The notes beneath the pieces were generated by a model. The model ran no database searches. It was not told where the DNA came from and saw only the letters and a list, made by a program, of their open reading frames with translations. DNA of 64,000 nt from assembly GCA_026936335.1 (NCBI GenBank), contig JAPMXV010000019.1:214373-278372 (forward strand), written 5' to 3'. Position numbers and translations under genes: made by a program. Every line of letters starts with the position of its first letter. Within the stretch, counting starts at the first letter, position 1. This stretch comes from Mantamonas sphyraenae STR306 (lineage: Eukaryota; Protista; CRuMs). Positions 10,888 through 23,100 of this stretch are shown here, one piece after another.

Positions 10888-12381
10888 TTACTGCTTCATC
10901 ACCTTCATGGAACCCTTGGTCCTCCTGCGAAGCTCCTTCTTGCGCTTGCTGGCCTCGTACTTTTCGAGCTGTTTGGGGTCCATCTTCTTCATCATCTCCT
11001 TCTCCTCTTCGAGCTGCTTGCGCTTGCGCTCTTCGAGGCGGCGGGCAGCTTCCTCCTTGCGCTGTTCGTTGGTTTGCTTGGTGAGCTCGTCCTCGTAGGA
11101 GGAGCGGAGGTTCTTGGCGCGTGTTTTGCTGTTTGTGGAGAGGCGGATGTTGGGCAGCTGGTCGATGAGGGCAAAGAGGGCATCCATCCAGACCTGGAGG
11201 TCGGCCATCTTGTTCTTGCGGGGCAGGCGAAGGACGAGACGCATGGTCTGTTTGTGGGTGCTGAGCGGGTTGTGGTCGGTGACGTAGAGGTGCTCAAAGA
11301 GGTTGGGTTGCTGCTCAAAGGCGTCGCGGACTGGGGTGTTGATGAGGGAGGAGGCGCCGTCCTCGTTCTCGGAGATGAGGATCATCTTGGAGGGGAGGTT
11401 GAGCTTTTCGCCAGCGGTGCGGTAGGTCTTGCAGAAGTGGGCGATGTCCGAGTTGGATTTGCGGAGGGACTTTTCCTTCTTGGCAGCGGTGATGGCCATG
11501 ACAAACTGGGGCATGTCCTGGGGCGGGACAGCGACATCGATGACGAGCTGGTCGTGGGAGGCGGAAAACAGGTCCATGAACATGGCAAAGAGGTCGTGGC
11601 GGCCGACGAGGTCGAGGGTCATCTGGACGCAGTGGACGTTGATGCGGCCGGTGGCGGTGAGGCGGAATTCGCTGCTGGACTCGCTCTTGAGGACGTCTTC
11701 GCCCTGCTTGCCGAGGCCAACCTGGAAAAAGTTGTCGTCGAGGAGGGAGCGGTAGGTTTTGAGCCACTCATGCGCGATGCCCTTGTTGATTTGGCTGCCG
11801 ACGAGCCAATTGATGAGGTAGGCGACAATAAAGGCAATGCAGGCAATCTCAAAGGACCAGTCATCGGGACCAAAGATGCCCACGTAGCCTTGGGGACCGC
11901 GGAAGCCTGCGAGGTCACCCTGGGGTTGGGAGTTGAAGCGAGAGGCGTCTGCTTCCTCGGCGGCTTGATCAGGAGAGAGGTCACCTTGGAGCGGAACAGA
12001 GGCCGTTGTGTCGGCAGACTGAGCCGGGGCGGCGGTAGGGGCAGATTGGGAAGCCGAGGAAGCTGTAGCGGCGGCAGAGGGAGGCGTGTTTGTGGCGGTG
12101 GTGTGGTGACGGGGCACGCCCTCGAATTCGTCTTGGTCGTAGTCGTCGTCCTGGAACTCGTCCTGGAAGTCGGCTTGGGTGAGGGTTTGTTGGGCCTGCT
12201 GGTCTGCGGCAGGGGCGTGTGGGGCGGAGGGCTGAGCCTGTGTGGCGTGCGCAGAGGGCGGGCTTTGGGACGGGTCTTCGTCTGCGTATTCGTCGCCGTC
12301 CGAGTCGTTCTGGGCGTGGGCGAGGGTTGCGGAGAGCAGCAGGAGGGCGAGAAGAAAGAGGGAACGCATGGTGAGGGACAT
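10888..12381 (-). CDS. CCDC47: PAT complex subunit CCDC47 (DUF1682)
   Basis: Signal peptide MSLTMRSLFLLALLLL, an acidic lumenal region and one TM (FIVAYLINWLVG). These are followed by NKGIAHEW, LTATGRINV, LDLVGRHDLF and a C-terminal K/E/R coiled coil ending KGSMKVMKQ. Confidence 0.9.
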   Translation of the reverse strand: MSLTMRSLFLLALLLLSATLAHAQNDSDGDEYADEDPSQSPPSAHATQAQPSAPHAPAADQQAQQTLTQADFQDEFQDDDYDQDEFEGVPRHHTTATNTPPSAAATASSASQSAPTAAPAQSADTTASVPLQGDLSPDQAAEEADASRFNSQPQGDLAGFRGPQGYVGIFGPDDWSFEIACIAFIVAYLINWLVGSQINKGIAHEWLKTYRSLLDDNFFQVGLGKQGEDVLKSESSSEFRLTATGRINVHCVQMTLDLVGRHDLFAMFMDLFSASHDQLVIDVAVPPQDMPQFVMAITAAKKEKSLRKSNSDIAHFCKTYRTAGEKLNLPSKMILISENEDGASSLINTPVRDAFEQQPNLFEHLYVTDHNPLSTHKQTMRLVLRLPRKNKMADLQVWMDALFALIDQLPNIRLSTNSKTRAKNLRSSYEDELTKQTNEQRKEEAARRLEERKRKQLEEEKEMMKKMDPKQLEKYEASKRKKELRRRTKGSMKVMKQ

Positions 12382-12440
12382 GTGTTGTGCGTTGGAATGG
12401 GTTGGAAGCACTGGTGCAGGCAACAGGACACAGGAGAAGA

Positions 12441-15400
12441 ATGGTGAGGGAGGAGAAGGGCATCGGGATGATGTGGCAGTGGGATGGCGTGGAGGAGGGG
12501 ATGGTGTGTGCGTGTGGGGCTGACACGTGTGCAGTCGAACGTGCCGGTGCCGGTGGTTCTGGGGCGCAAGAGCAAGAAGAAAGGCGGGAGCACAGTAGAC
12601 GATCCTGTGGTGCAACAAGGAGGTGAGTTGGGGGGGGAGGGTGTGATGGGCGATGGGCGATGGGTAGGGAGGAGGACGGATGAGGGCTGACAGCGGGTGC
12701 AGACGGATCGCAAGCGCCAGTGAAGCGGATCGTGGTGAGCGGGAAGAAAAAGCGCGGCGCCAACGCAAAGAGCAGCTTGTCGAGCAAGCTGACGAGATAC
12801 ACAGGAGAAAGCAAGGGAGAGGAGAGTGTGGAGGAAGAGGAAGGGATGGTAAATCCAGAGTTGATGGCGCTGCTGTAAGTGAAGAGCGGGAGAGGGAATT
12901 GGAGACGGGTGGTTGGCGCGCATTCAACGGGCAGGGTGTGGGAGAGCAAGGAGAGGACTGACACGGAGAATGGGTGGACGGACCACTGCACGGATGGGTG
13001 TGTGAGGACAGAAACAAGGTTTCGGGTGGAGTGGGCGCTGTACAGGGGAGCGGGGTGGAGGAAAGGCAGGCGGGCGCAAGAAGCGACACGCGGGAGTGAC
13101 ACGAAAGAAGCGACACAAGGAAAGCGAGGGAGGGGAGGAGGGAAACAGAGTGGAGGAAGGTGGGGAGGAAAGGGCTGGGAATGAGCAGGCGGAAGAAGGG
13201 AATGCGGAGGAGGTGCCGAGTGTGCAGGTGCTCAAAAAGGGTGGGCAACGACGAAAGAGGACAAGGAAGAGCAGTTTGGGGGAGAGCAGAGGGAACAAGG
13301 GACATACAGACGCGCTGGAGAAGCTGAGGCAAGTGAAAGAAGAAAACAGAGAGTTGCTGGGTCGCGGGAGCATGTCGACAGGGACACGGGAGAGTGGGAA
13401 TGGGGCACCTGGGCGCGGGCGCACTGGGCCGCGCGGGCGAGTGTCGAGCGGACGAAGCAAGAGAAAGGCGACAAGGACGGGGAGCAAGGAGGGTCAAAGA
13501 GTGAAGGAGGCGGAGGAAGCAGTGCAGGAGGTTGCACGCAAGCCAGCTGTGCCGGTGATGAAACGGCGGGTGAGCAAGGGAAAGAAACGGAAGGGGCCGC
13601 GGAAGCACAAAGCACAAGCGTCGCAGGAGGAGAAGGTGGAGGAGAAGATCGCTTCTGTGCTGGGAGAGTTGGATGATGGGGATGAAAGCAGTGGAAGTGA
13701 GGATGGGTATTCGAGCAGTGATTTTGAGGAGGAGGAAGGAAAGGTGGGGGCGGGCGTGGCAGGCAAGGCTGGGAAGGGGTCTCAGAAGCAAGACGGGGAG
13801 AGTGGTACGACGACAACGACGACAACGAGTACGACGACCACGACGACGACCGCAACGACAGCATTGGATGCGCTGAGTGATACGAGCAGCAGTAGCGAGG
13901 AGGAGGAGGCGGCGGCCGGGGTTGATGATTTGAGCAGCACAAGCAGTAGCGAGGATAGTGACGAGGATGAGGATGATGATGACGTGGGAGTGGAGGCACT
14001 GGCGGAGGCTGTGAGGGGGAAGGGCACGGGCAAGGGGAAAGGGAAAGGGAAGGGGAAGGGGAAAGGGAAAGGGAAGGGGAAGCTGGTGCCTGTGGTGACG
14101 CCTGGGAAGGGGGAACGAGGCGGCGTGTTGAACAAGGTGCACGTGGCGAGAGGAAAGTCGGGAGAGGAGAAGGAAGAGCAAACGGGAGAGGAGGAGTCGA
14201 AGCCGAAACGGGTAGACACACACAATGTGGGGTACAAACCGCTGTTCCGACCGTGGGACTCGTCGCGGCTGGAGAAGCCAAAGACAGAGGAGGAGAAGAA
14301 GCGGGCAGAAGCAAGGGCGCGTGCGGAGGAAGAGCGGAAAAAGGCACTGAAAGCCAGACCAGGCATGCGGGAGTACATCCGACAGCAGCGGGCAGAGGCG
14401 AAGAAGAAGGCAGCGGCGGAAAAGGCAGAGCGGGAAGAGTTGGAGAGGAAGCGTGCGGAGGCGCTGCAGGAGATTGAAGACATGCGGCGACGGGAGAGGG
14501 AGGAACTTGCGGAGAAGCGGAAGAAGGAACGAGAGGAGCGTGAGAAGCGACTCAAGGCTGAGCGTGCGGCCGCGATGGAGAAACGCAAGGTGCGGGAAGG
14601 GATTTTCATCCCCGGGGGTGTGGTGCATGTGGATAGGAGGGGGAAGAGGGAAGGATGGGCAAAGAGGACGGGGAGGACTCGGAGGAGGAAGAGGAGCAGG
14701 AGGAGGAGGTTGTGGTTGTAGGTCACAAGGGTAGGGGAGACCGTGGCGCGGGAAGTGTGTACCTGGAGGTTCCTCGAGGAGGGGCAGGATGGCAGGAGAG
14801 GGAACGGGACGAGGACACGCGGAGCGTACGGTCGATCAGCTCGCAGCGAAGCGCGGCAGCTGTGGAGCAGCTTATGGAGGCGATGAAGGTGGGCACGGCG
14901 ATGAACGGAAACAGGAAGCAGCCGGAGCAGCTGTTGGCCAGGCTGCAAAGGGAAAGGACGTCGCTGCTGCACAGGATGCGCGAGACGCGAAAGTTTACGC
15001 TGGAGAAGCTGCGAAACGTGGAGGAGAATGCACGTGCGATGCAGGAGGAGGACGGGAGAGAGGAGAGGGGGGAGCGGATGCCCGAGCGAGAAGCAGCTGT
15101 GTTTGGATATGCAGGAAACGCACGGAACGACGACGCGAGGCTGCAACGAGGGATGAACGCACGGCTGAGCACAGGGCACACGGACGCGAGCAAGAGGCGG
15201 AAGCAGGATGGGACGATGGAGCGACTGAAGCGTCTTCAAAGACGTATGGCAGGGATGGACGAGCGTGTGCGCGCGCTGCGCGAGGATGGGCCGGCGATGG
15301 GGTATGAAGAGCAGGAGCAGGAGCAGGAGGGTGTGGTTGAGGAGGAGGAGGAGGAGGGCGGAGATTGATATGCTGGAGGTGGTGCCGGTGGGGGTCATGA

Positions 15401-18400
15401 AGATCAGCGAAGTTGTACACCGGCAGACACACGAACGGCAACGAAAGGCAGCGACGGCGATCCAGAAAACGTTTCGCGGACACAAAGAACGCAAGGAGAT
15501 GAGCGAGAAGAGACGAAGGCTGAGGATGCAGGCGAGAGCGTATCCAGAGGACCGTGTAGATGAGGGCGGTGTAGGGATGCGTGACGAGGAGCTGCTGCAG
15601 ATGTACGGGCGGGATGTGAACGGGCATCCAATCGACATGGCAGCAGTGATGGGCGATGAGTTTGAGGATGAGTGGGGAGAAGAGCAGGAGGAGGAAACGT
15701 TGGAAGAGGAGCTGTGGACGGTTGAAAAGGCGATGGAGCTGCTGCGGAAACGGGGTGGGCGTGCGTGGACAGGAGATGAGGGAGGAGAGCAGGCGTCTCA
15801 GCTTGTGCGTGAAGACCAGCAAGACGAAATGGGAGTGCTGGATCTGTTCTTTCGGAAGCAGGAAGAGTTTCGTGTGGCTGAAGAAGAAGCGGCAATGGCA
15901 AGGAAGCGGGAAAAGGCGCAGGAAGAGGAGGCTGCGGCTGCGGCGGAAGCGGCGGAGGCTGCCAAGAGGGAGAAGGAACTGGAGGTTGTGGATGCAGTGT
16001 CAGAGCAGGTGTTGGAGGAGGTGTTTTCCGGGTACGAGGAGGCAATGAGGGAACGGCTTGAGGAAATGATGGAGGCTCGTATGGAGGCGTTGGAGAAGAG
16101 TGATGGCGTGGGCAGCGGGCTGCAGGGGCCCGTGCCAGGGAAGGAGGAGGGGTTGAAGGTAGAGGAGGTGGAGGCGGAGGATTGGGTGGAGGAGGAGGAG
16201 GAGGAGGAGGAGGATGAAGAGTGGGAGGAAGAGGATGAGGAGTGGGAGGAAGAGGAGGAAGAAGATGAGGAGGAGGACGACGAGCGGCTGTCGCCGCAGT
16301 CGATTGCAAGGAAGCTGACGGCGGAGATCGACTACCTGTCGGCGATAGACTATGCACACGCGCAGTTGTCGCGTTTGGAGAAGGAGCGTGAGCTGAGCAT
16401 GGCCGAGAACGAAGTGATGGCAATGGCGCGGATTATTGAGCAGCAGAAGAACGCAATGGCAGCGAAGGAGCTGCAGGAGATGTTTGCGCAAAGACTGGCG
16501 GCTGTGGAGGCGGAGGAGAGGCGAGGGGAGGAGGAGCAGCACATGCTGGAGGTGCACAGGCAAGTGATGCAGGAGGACCTGATGGTGGAGCAGATTGTGC
16601 AGGCGTGCATGGAGAGCGTGGTGCGGGAGCTCGTGGATGGGGCAGTGGACTCTGGGGCGCAGATTGTGGCTACGCAGGAGCTTGCGCGGGACGAGAGGGT
16701 GGCCAAGATGTGCGAGATTGCGGTGCAACAGGCGTTGCTGCAGTGCAGTCAGTGGGAGTTGGATGCGCTGGTGAGCAAGGAGACGGAGCGTGCTGTGGGC
16801 GCGGCGCGTGTGGAGGACGAGCTGGCGGAGGAGATGGTGGGAATGGCGGTGGAGAGTGTGAGCGAAACGCTACTGGAGCAGGTGATGGAGGTGCTTGCGG
16901 CGGAAGAGGGGCGTGCGCAGGATCGAGACACGGAGCTGCGGGAGTGGAAGGAACAGCAAACGGCGCTGATGGTGGCGGACGCAGTGGACCAGGCGATGGA
17001 AAGGGTTGTGGCGGCGGAACTTGGGGAATTGGTGTCCAAGGAGCGGGAGCGGCGTGTGGAGCGTGTGCGGGAGGAAGAAGAGGCGTGCGATGCAGCTGTG
17101 GAGGAGGCAGAGGAGGCACTTGTGAAGTGGGCATTTGAGGAGGCAGTGGACAAGGCAGTGCGGGAGGAAACAATGGCGGAGATGAGTGTGTCTGTTGCGC
17201 TGTGGAGCGTTGTGGAAGCGGAGGTGCAGGAGATGGTGGGGCAGGTGAGCGGAGAAATGGCTAACGAGAGGCATTTGGTGGACACATGCGTGCAGTTTGT
17301 GATGTACACTGTGGTGCAGGAAGTGCTAGAAGGACAGGTGGACGTGGCAGCAAGCCAGGCGGCCACAGAAACGACGGTTGTGGAGGAGGCGGTGCGGCGT
17401 GCGCTGGAAGAGGTGACAAAGGAGCGTGTGGAGGCGTGGAGCGAGGCGGTCGGGGTGGAAGAGGCGCTTGTGGAGGAGGCTGTGAGACGTGCGGTGGAGG
17501 CGGTGGAAGGAAGCGTGGTGGACGGCCTGGTGGAGAGTGTGCATGCAGAAGCTGCGGCAAGCGCAAAGGAAGCGCTGGCAAAGGTTGCAGATGCGCTGGT
17601 GGAGCAACTGTTGGAGGAGGCTGTGGCGGAAGCAAGCACGGTGGAGATTGTGGGAGAGAGGGCGAGCGCCGAGCTGGAGGTGGAAGCGGTGGAGGAGGCC
17701 GTGGCTGCGGTAGCGAAGGAGGAGGGAGCCGCACGGGAGGTTGTGGAGGAGATGGAGAGGGATGTCGTGGGGGAGGAGGCAGAGTCTGTGGCGAGCAAGG
17801 TGGTGGGTGAAGAATGGGCTGCGGCAGAAGTTGTGGAGGCGGTTGTGGAGGAGGTTGTGGAGGAAATGGCACGTGCAGAGGCAGCAGGCAATGCGGCGGA
17901 GGAGAAGGAGGCGCTTGCGGAGGAGGTGGCCGAGGCGATCCTGGAGGAGCAGATGGACGTGCTTGTGGAAGAGGTGATGCAGACACAGCGAGGGAAGCGC
18001 GAACGTGCGGCGAATGAGGACGAGGTGGTGGACAGGTTGCTGGAGGAGTTGTTGACGGCGGCGGTGGTGGACAGCCTTGCAAGTCGGCGAGCAGCAGAGG
18101 AGCGGTGGGCAGGGGAAGAGGCGGCGCGTGCGCGGAAGCTAGTACGTCCGCCGAGATTGAATCTTGTGGATGTGGGCAAGGAGGACGGGGACGGAGATGA
18201 GGACGTGGAGGAAGAGCGGGTTGGAGATGAGGCGGGTGGAGTGCAGACGACACCGCGGCCAGAGGCGCTGCAGACGACGCCGCGGCCGTCGCTGCGAGAC
18301 GAGGCTGTGCCTGCAGGGGAAGCATTCAAGGTGGAGGCGGAGGCGGAGCTTTCCGGGGCGGAGTCGGAGTCTGCAGAGGGAGGAGCGCCGCCGGCAGCGT

Positions 18401-18960
18401 TGATGGAGTATGTGAGGGAGCTGTTTGGACACATGGGCCTGTGGGAGGAGGAGGTGGAGTTGCCAATGGCGCAGCTGGACTTTGAGGAGTACCTGAAGAT
18501 GGAGCGTGCGCGTGCAGAGGTGTCTGAGGTGTCTGAGGTGGAGCAGATGCGGAACAAGTTGTACTTTGATGCGGTGAACCAGGCGCTGCTGGCAATCGGG
18601 AGCGAGGGAGTGAATGCGCCGCTGGGAGTGGGTGGACGGCGACAGCGGCGGCTGAGTGTACCGTCGCGACTGAGTGCCCAGGGGCTGGCGGCGCTGGTGG
18701 GTGAGCGTGTGGCGTCGTGGATGGGCCACGGGGCGAGCGGGACGGAACGGCAGGTGCAGGAGTTGGAAGCGCAGTGGGCAGTGGGGGAGGAGGAGGAGGA
18801 GGTTGCGCTGGTGTTTGAGATTGCGGATTCGCTGTTTGATTCTTTGTTGGGAGACACGGTGCAGAGTTTCAACCGTGTGGAGGCAGTGAAGCAAGGGCGG
18901 GAGGCACGTCGTGGAAGTGGAGGGGGTGCAGGGCGAGTGCGTGAGCGGGGATCGATGTGA
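12441..18960 (+). CDS. CEP350-like centrosomal protein (~2,070 aa); exons 12441-12443, 12535-12622, 12703-12874, ~13012-18960; frame breaks ~13045, ~14640, ~15357
   Basis: The C-terminal block KLYFDAVNQAL...EIADSLFDSLLGDT resembles the CEP350/DUF4378 tail. There is an IQ-like motif (AATAIQKTFRGH) and a Glu/Ala/Val-rich helical repeat region. The first three exons splice in phase via GTGAGG/GTGAGT/GTAAGT donors with GCTGAC branch sites. The third acceptor is less certain. Confidence 0.7.
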
Positions 18961-19015
18961 TTGGGTGATTGGGTAAGGGGGAATGTACAGGGAGATGAAA
19001 GGAGATTGGAATGCA

Positions 19016-20065
19016 ATGTTTGGGCGTGTGTGTGTGTGTGTGTGTGTGTGTGCGGTGGCGGAGGCACCGGGAAAGGCTCCGATGTCGAAAATCTCGCGGA
19101 CGGGAAAGAGTGTGCGGTATTGTGCGGATCTGGTGAAGAGGTACGACTATGAAAGCTATGTGTGTGCGCTTTTTCTGCCGGCAGAGGCACGGGAGGGGGT
19201 CTTTGCGCTACGGGCGCTGAATGTGGAGGTGGCCAAGATTCGGGACGTGGTTTCGTCGGAAATGACGGGCAAGATGCGGACAGTGTGGTGGCAAAAGGCA
19301 GTAGACGATATGTATCGCGGGGGAAAGGTGCGAACGGATGCGGTGCCGGAGCATCCGGTGGCGCAGACGCTGCATCGAGCGGTGCAGCGCTTCGGGCTGA
19401 CGAAACGGTGGATCCAGAGGCCAATTGAGGCGAGGGTAAGTGGAGGCTGGGGGGAAGGGGTGCGAGGGCGAGAGACAACAGGTGTGGGAGGGAGTGGGGG
19501 CAGGCGCTGACTCGTAGGAGGACAGCGGAAGGAATTGGAAGGGCAGGTGGTTCACAGGGTGGAGGATCTGGAGGAGTACGCGGAGCAGACGGCGTCGTCG
19601 GTGCTGTATTCGTCGCTGGAGTGCGTGGGAGACACAAGCATTGGTTCGGATCATGTGGCGTCGCATGTGGGCAAGTGCAACGGGATAGTGACGGCGCTGC
19701 GTGGGACGCCGTGGAATGCGCAGCACCGGCGGACGGTTTTGCCGTCGCAATTGATGGCAAAGCATGGGATGGTTCAAGAGGAGTTGTACGAAGGGTTGGT
19801 GACGGACGCGACGTTGGAGGTGGTGTACGAATTGGCGTGCGCGGCAAAGGCGCACCTGGAGCACGCGAGGGAGCTGAGCGGGGACATGGGCCAGGTGAGC
19901 AAGCGAGTGATGCTATCGGCAGTGTTTGCACAGAACTACCTGGAGCGATTGGAGCAGGCCAATTTCAACGTGTTTGACTCGCGGATGAACCAGAGGCAGC
20001 AGGGGCTGCACTCGTTCTCGCTGTACTGGGAGGTGTTCCGGGCGGCAAGGGAGCAGACGTTCTGA
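19016..20065 (+). CDS. NDUFAF6: NADH dehydrogenase complex I assembly factor 6 (squalene/phytoene synthase fold); intron 19436-19525
   Basis: YCADLVKRYDYESY, ALRALNVEVA, HPVAQTL, LEEYAEQTASSVLY, SHVGKCNGIV.ALR, AKAHL..AR and YLERLEQANFNVFD. The intron has a GTAAGT donor, a GCTGAC branch site and a GACAG acceptor in phase 0. Confidence 0.93.
19025..19052. repeat. (GT)n microsatellite at the 5' end of NDUFAF6
   Basis: About 13 GT units; the tract translates as VCVCVCVC. Confidence 0.9.
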
Positions 20066-20155
20066 GCACATGTTGGTGGGCCAAGGGGTGTGGGAAAGTG
20101 GGGAGTGGGGATTGGCGCGCGCGAACGAATCCATTGTTTTTTTGAGCTTGAGACG

Positions 20156-23100
20156 ATGACCAGGACAGTGCTTGTGTTGTTGTTTCTTGCCATGCTTGTG
20201 TGCTCCTCTGTGTCGGCATTGTCCGATGGAGGAGAATCCACTACTATACACCAATCGATTGCAGTTGATCCGAGCGTGGATGATGACGTGCTTTTTGCGG
20301 ACATGCCGTATGCGGTGTCGACGCGTGGGCTGAACGGACCTGAGGCGTTTGGCAAGGAAGCTGTGGTGCGGGCCGGGAAGGAGGCATCGGCGGGCGACGA
20401 ATCGCCAAAGCTGATTCTGCGCACATTCACCAAGGGACCCGTTGTGGTCCATGAACGGTATGCGAAAGTGGAGCCCGAGTTCCACTCGCACGTGACAGAG
20501 GTTGTAGCGCCTGTGAACGAACTTCGTGCGACAGGCCTGCTGACCACTGCGGGCAAGCACATGTCGCGTGTGATGGAACATGGTCTGCGCAATCTGGACG
20601 AGAATGGACGCGGTTCCGTGAACCTGGAAGATGAAGCAGCGGCGGAATTGCTTCACGGCGAGCGCTCGGACGAAGAGGTGGCAGAACGAGCACAACAGCT
20701 GGCTACTCACCGATCGCAGGTGGCAGCGCTGCGTGCACATGGTCTTTTGTCAGACAAGGAGGAGCTGCCGGAACATGCAGGTGAGATTGTGGCGTTTGTG
20801 AAACGTGCCAAAGAGGGAAAGAGGGAAAACGTTTCGCGGTCCTTTTTTCGGATGTTCCAGCTCGCATTTTCGACTCACACGGCGAGACGCATGACCTGGG
20901 GACATCACACACCACACAGGCGTGCTGCAGGTGACATGCGCCTTCATGAAGGCGCATGCGCAACTGCAGAAAGGGTCGACCTTTGGCCTGCCGTCAGGCC
21001 TCTACCGGTTCTGGAGGTGTCAGGACCGAACGGCAAGGCATGGGTGCCAAACTCCCAGATCGCTTGCTCGGGCGAGGCTGCGGGCACCTACCGACTGGTG
21101 GTGCACCGTGCCGATATGGAGGAGGTGATCAAGGAAGGTACGGTACGCATGGAACTGATCGGTGTGGATCCTGAAATCGTTCGTGAATACGACGAGGTCA
21201 AGGCGGGCGAGGCCGGACTGGCACCAGGGAGCGAGGAACTGAACAAGTTCCACGGTCTGAAGCAGTACGCGTACGGAGCAGGCGATGAAGAGGAAGATGA
21301 GGAGGGAGGGGAGGAGTTGGAGGACAAGAACGAGGACAAGTTCGTGGACAAAATTGTGGACGCGGTCAAGTCGGCGTGGGACAAGGCCAAGGAGCTGTGG
21401 AACGGCCTTCAGGGCAACGTGGACGCCAACAGGAACTTTGGTTACGAACTGAAACTGGCGATGTACAACACAGAGGTGTTGAACGCCAAGGTGAAGAAGG
21501 TGGACGTGCTGATGATTGCGGAGGAGGCCAAGACTCGCGTGCACCCGCGTTTGGTGCTTGCGTTCAAGCTGCGCAACTTCAATCTGAAGCACGCGGAAGT
21601 GAAGCTGACAGGCTCGCTGGACGTGTTTGCGCGCGTGTGGGTGCAGGTGTCGCGTGGCATCGAGCTGAAGAAGGAGGTGCCGCTGTTTGACAAGCTTGTG
21701 GCCAAGCCTACATTCATGGTGGGCCCCGTGCCTGTGGTTGTGTTTGTGCGCGCCAAGGCAGTTGTGGGCGCGGTGATGGGCATCCGTGCGGGCGTGCAGA
21801 CACGCCTTACGGGATCGCTGGGCATCGCGTTTACCGGAGGCGTTCACTTCAAGAACGACAAGTGGGGCGTGGACTTTCATTTCAAGATCAAGCCCAACCT
21901 GAAGACGCCGGAGAAGGTGCAGCCGTGCGGAAACCTGGACGTCAAGTTCTACGTGCAGGGCAACGTGAAGTTCCTGCTGTACGACCAAGCAGGACCGCAT
22001 CTGACGGTGGAACCGTACCTGAAGATGGTTTTCCAGCCGCAGGGCATGTCGCCGTGTGTGACGCCGGCAGTTTCGGCGCTGCCTGGTCTGCCGAAGCTGG
22101 TGCTGTGGGCAAAGCAGTTTGCGGTGGCGTTTGGTGAGGTGAAGGCAGTGTTGCCGAAGATCAAGACGCCGGAGCTGCGTGCGGAGCTCAAGGCGAGCTT
22201 CAAGGGCCTGACGGACATCGGTGTGGATCTGCTCAAGTCGCTGAAGGGCATGCCGCTGGATAAGTGGATGGGCAAGCTGAAGGGCCTGCGTGGCAAGTTC
22301 CTGGGCAAGTTGAACGGCCTGAAAGGCAAGTTCAAGCTGGAGGGGCCTGACCTGGACGGGTTCAACCTGGTGCTGCGCATTGCAAAACAGACGTTTGTGT
22401 TTGTGGTGCGATTGGGCAACCCGCACCTGAAGGACCTGGACTTTGAGTGGGGCGTCAAGAAGAAGGAGACGGAGGAGGGCGATCCGGAAGACAAGAACCG
22501 GATCACCTTGTACGCAGGCGTGCTGGCAACGACCGGCGTAAGTTTGAAGATTGTGGAGTGGCTGCTGATGGAAAAGAACTGGCTGCTGCACTCGGTGGAG
22601 AAGGAACTGTTCACCGTGAGCTTCAAGCTGCCGCTTTTTCACGGAGAAGGAGAAAAAGACGATCCTGGTGAAGCGCCGCAAGTACGAGTACCAGAAAGAG
22701 GCGGTCAAGACGCAGATGCGAGCACAGGCGAACGTGGACGCGACGAAGCGTCTGGTTGCGGCCAAGAAGAAGCGTGCAAAGCAGATTGCGGCTGCGGTTG
22801 CCAAGCTGCACGCAGCGGGCATGTCGCTGGGTAAGCTGGCAAACAGCCGAGTGAAGGGCCACTACCGTAGCCTGATCCAGGCGATGCTGCTTGTGGGCAA
22901 GAAGTTTGTGACGTACCTGGCGAACAAGCTGAAGTATTTTGCGGTGCAAAACACGGACGCCACGCGCACGTTGACCAAGGTGAACTCGCTGTATGCCAAG
23001 TACGGCCACCACTTTGACAACGTGCAGGGTGTGGAAGACGTGGAGGACGTGGACGAGGAGGTGGAAGATGAGGACAACGGCGCGGGCTCGGCTTCCGCCA

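Noticed and set aside
12382-14628. 750-aa N-terminal extension of the CCDC47 ORF
   Set aside because: It is antisense to the purine-rich CEP350-like gene; the true signal peptide begins at 12381.
19025-19052. VCVCVCVC as a metal-binding motif in NDUFAF6
   Set aside because: It is simply a (GT)n microsatellite in the presequence or UTR region.
16749-19931. Long antisense ORFs (also 25184-28666, 6814-8556, 31354-34290, 55892-58390)
   Set aside because: These are shadows of real GC-rich, compositionally biased genes on the other strand, with low-complexity translations and no motifs.
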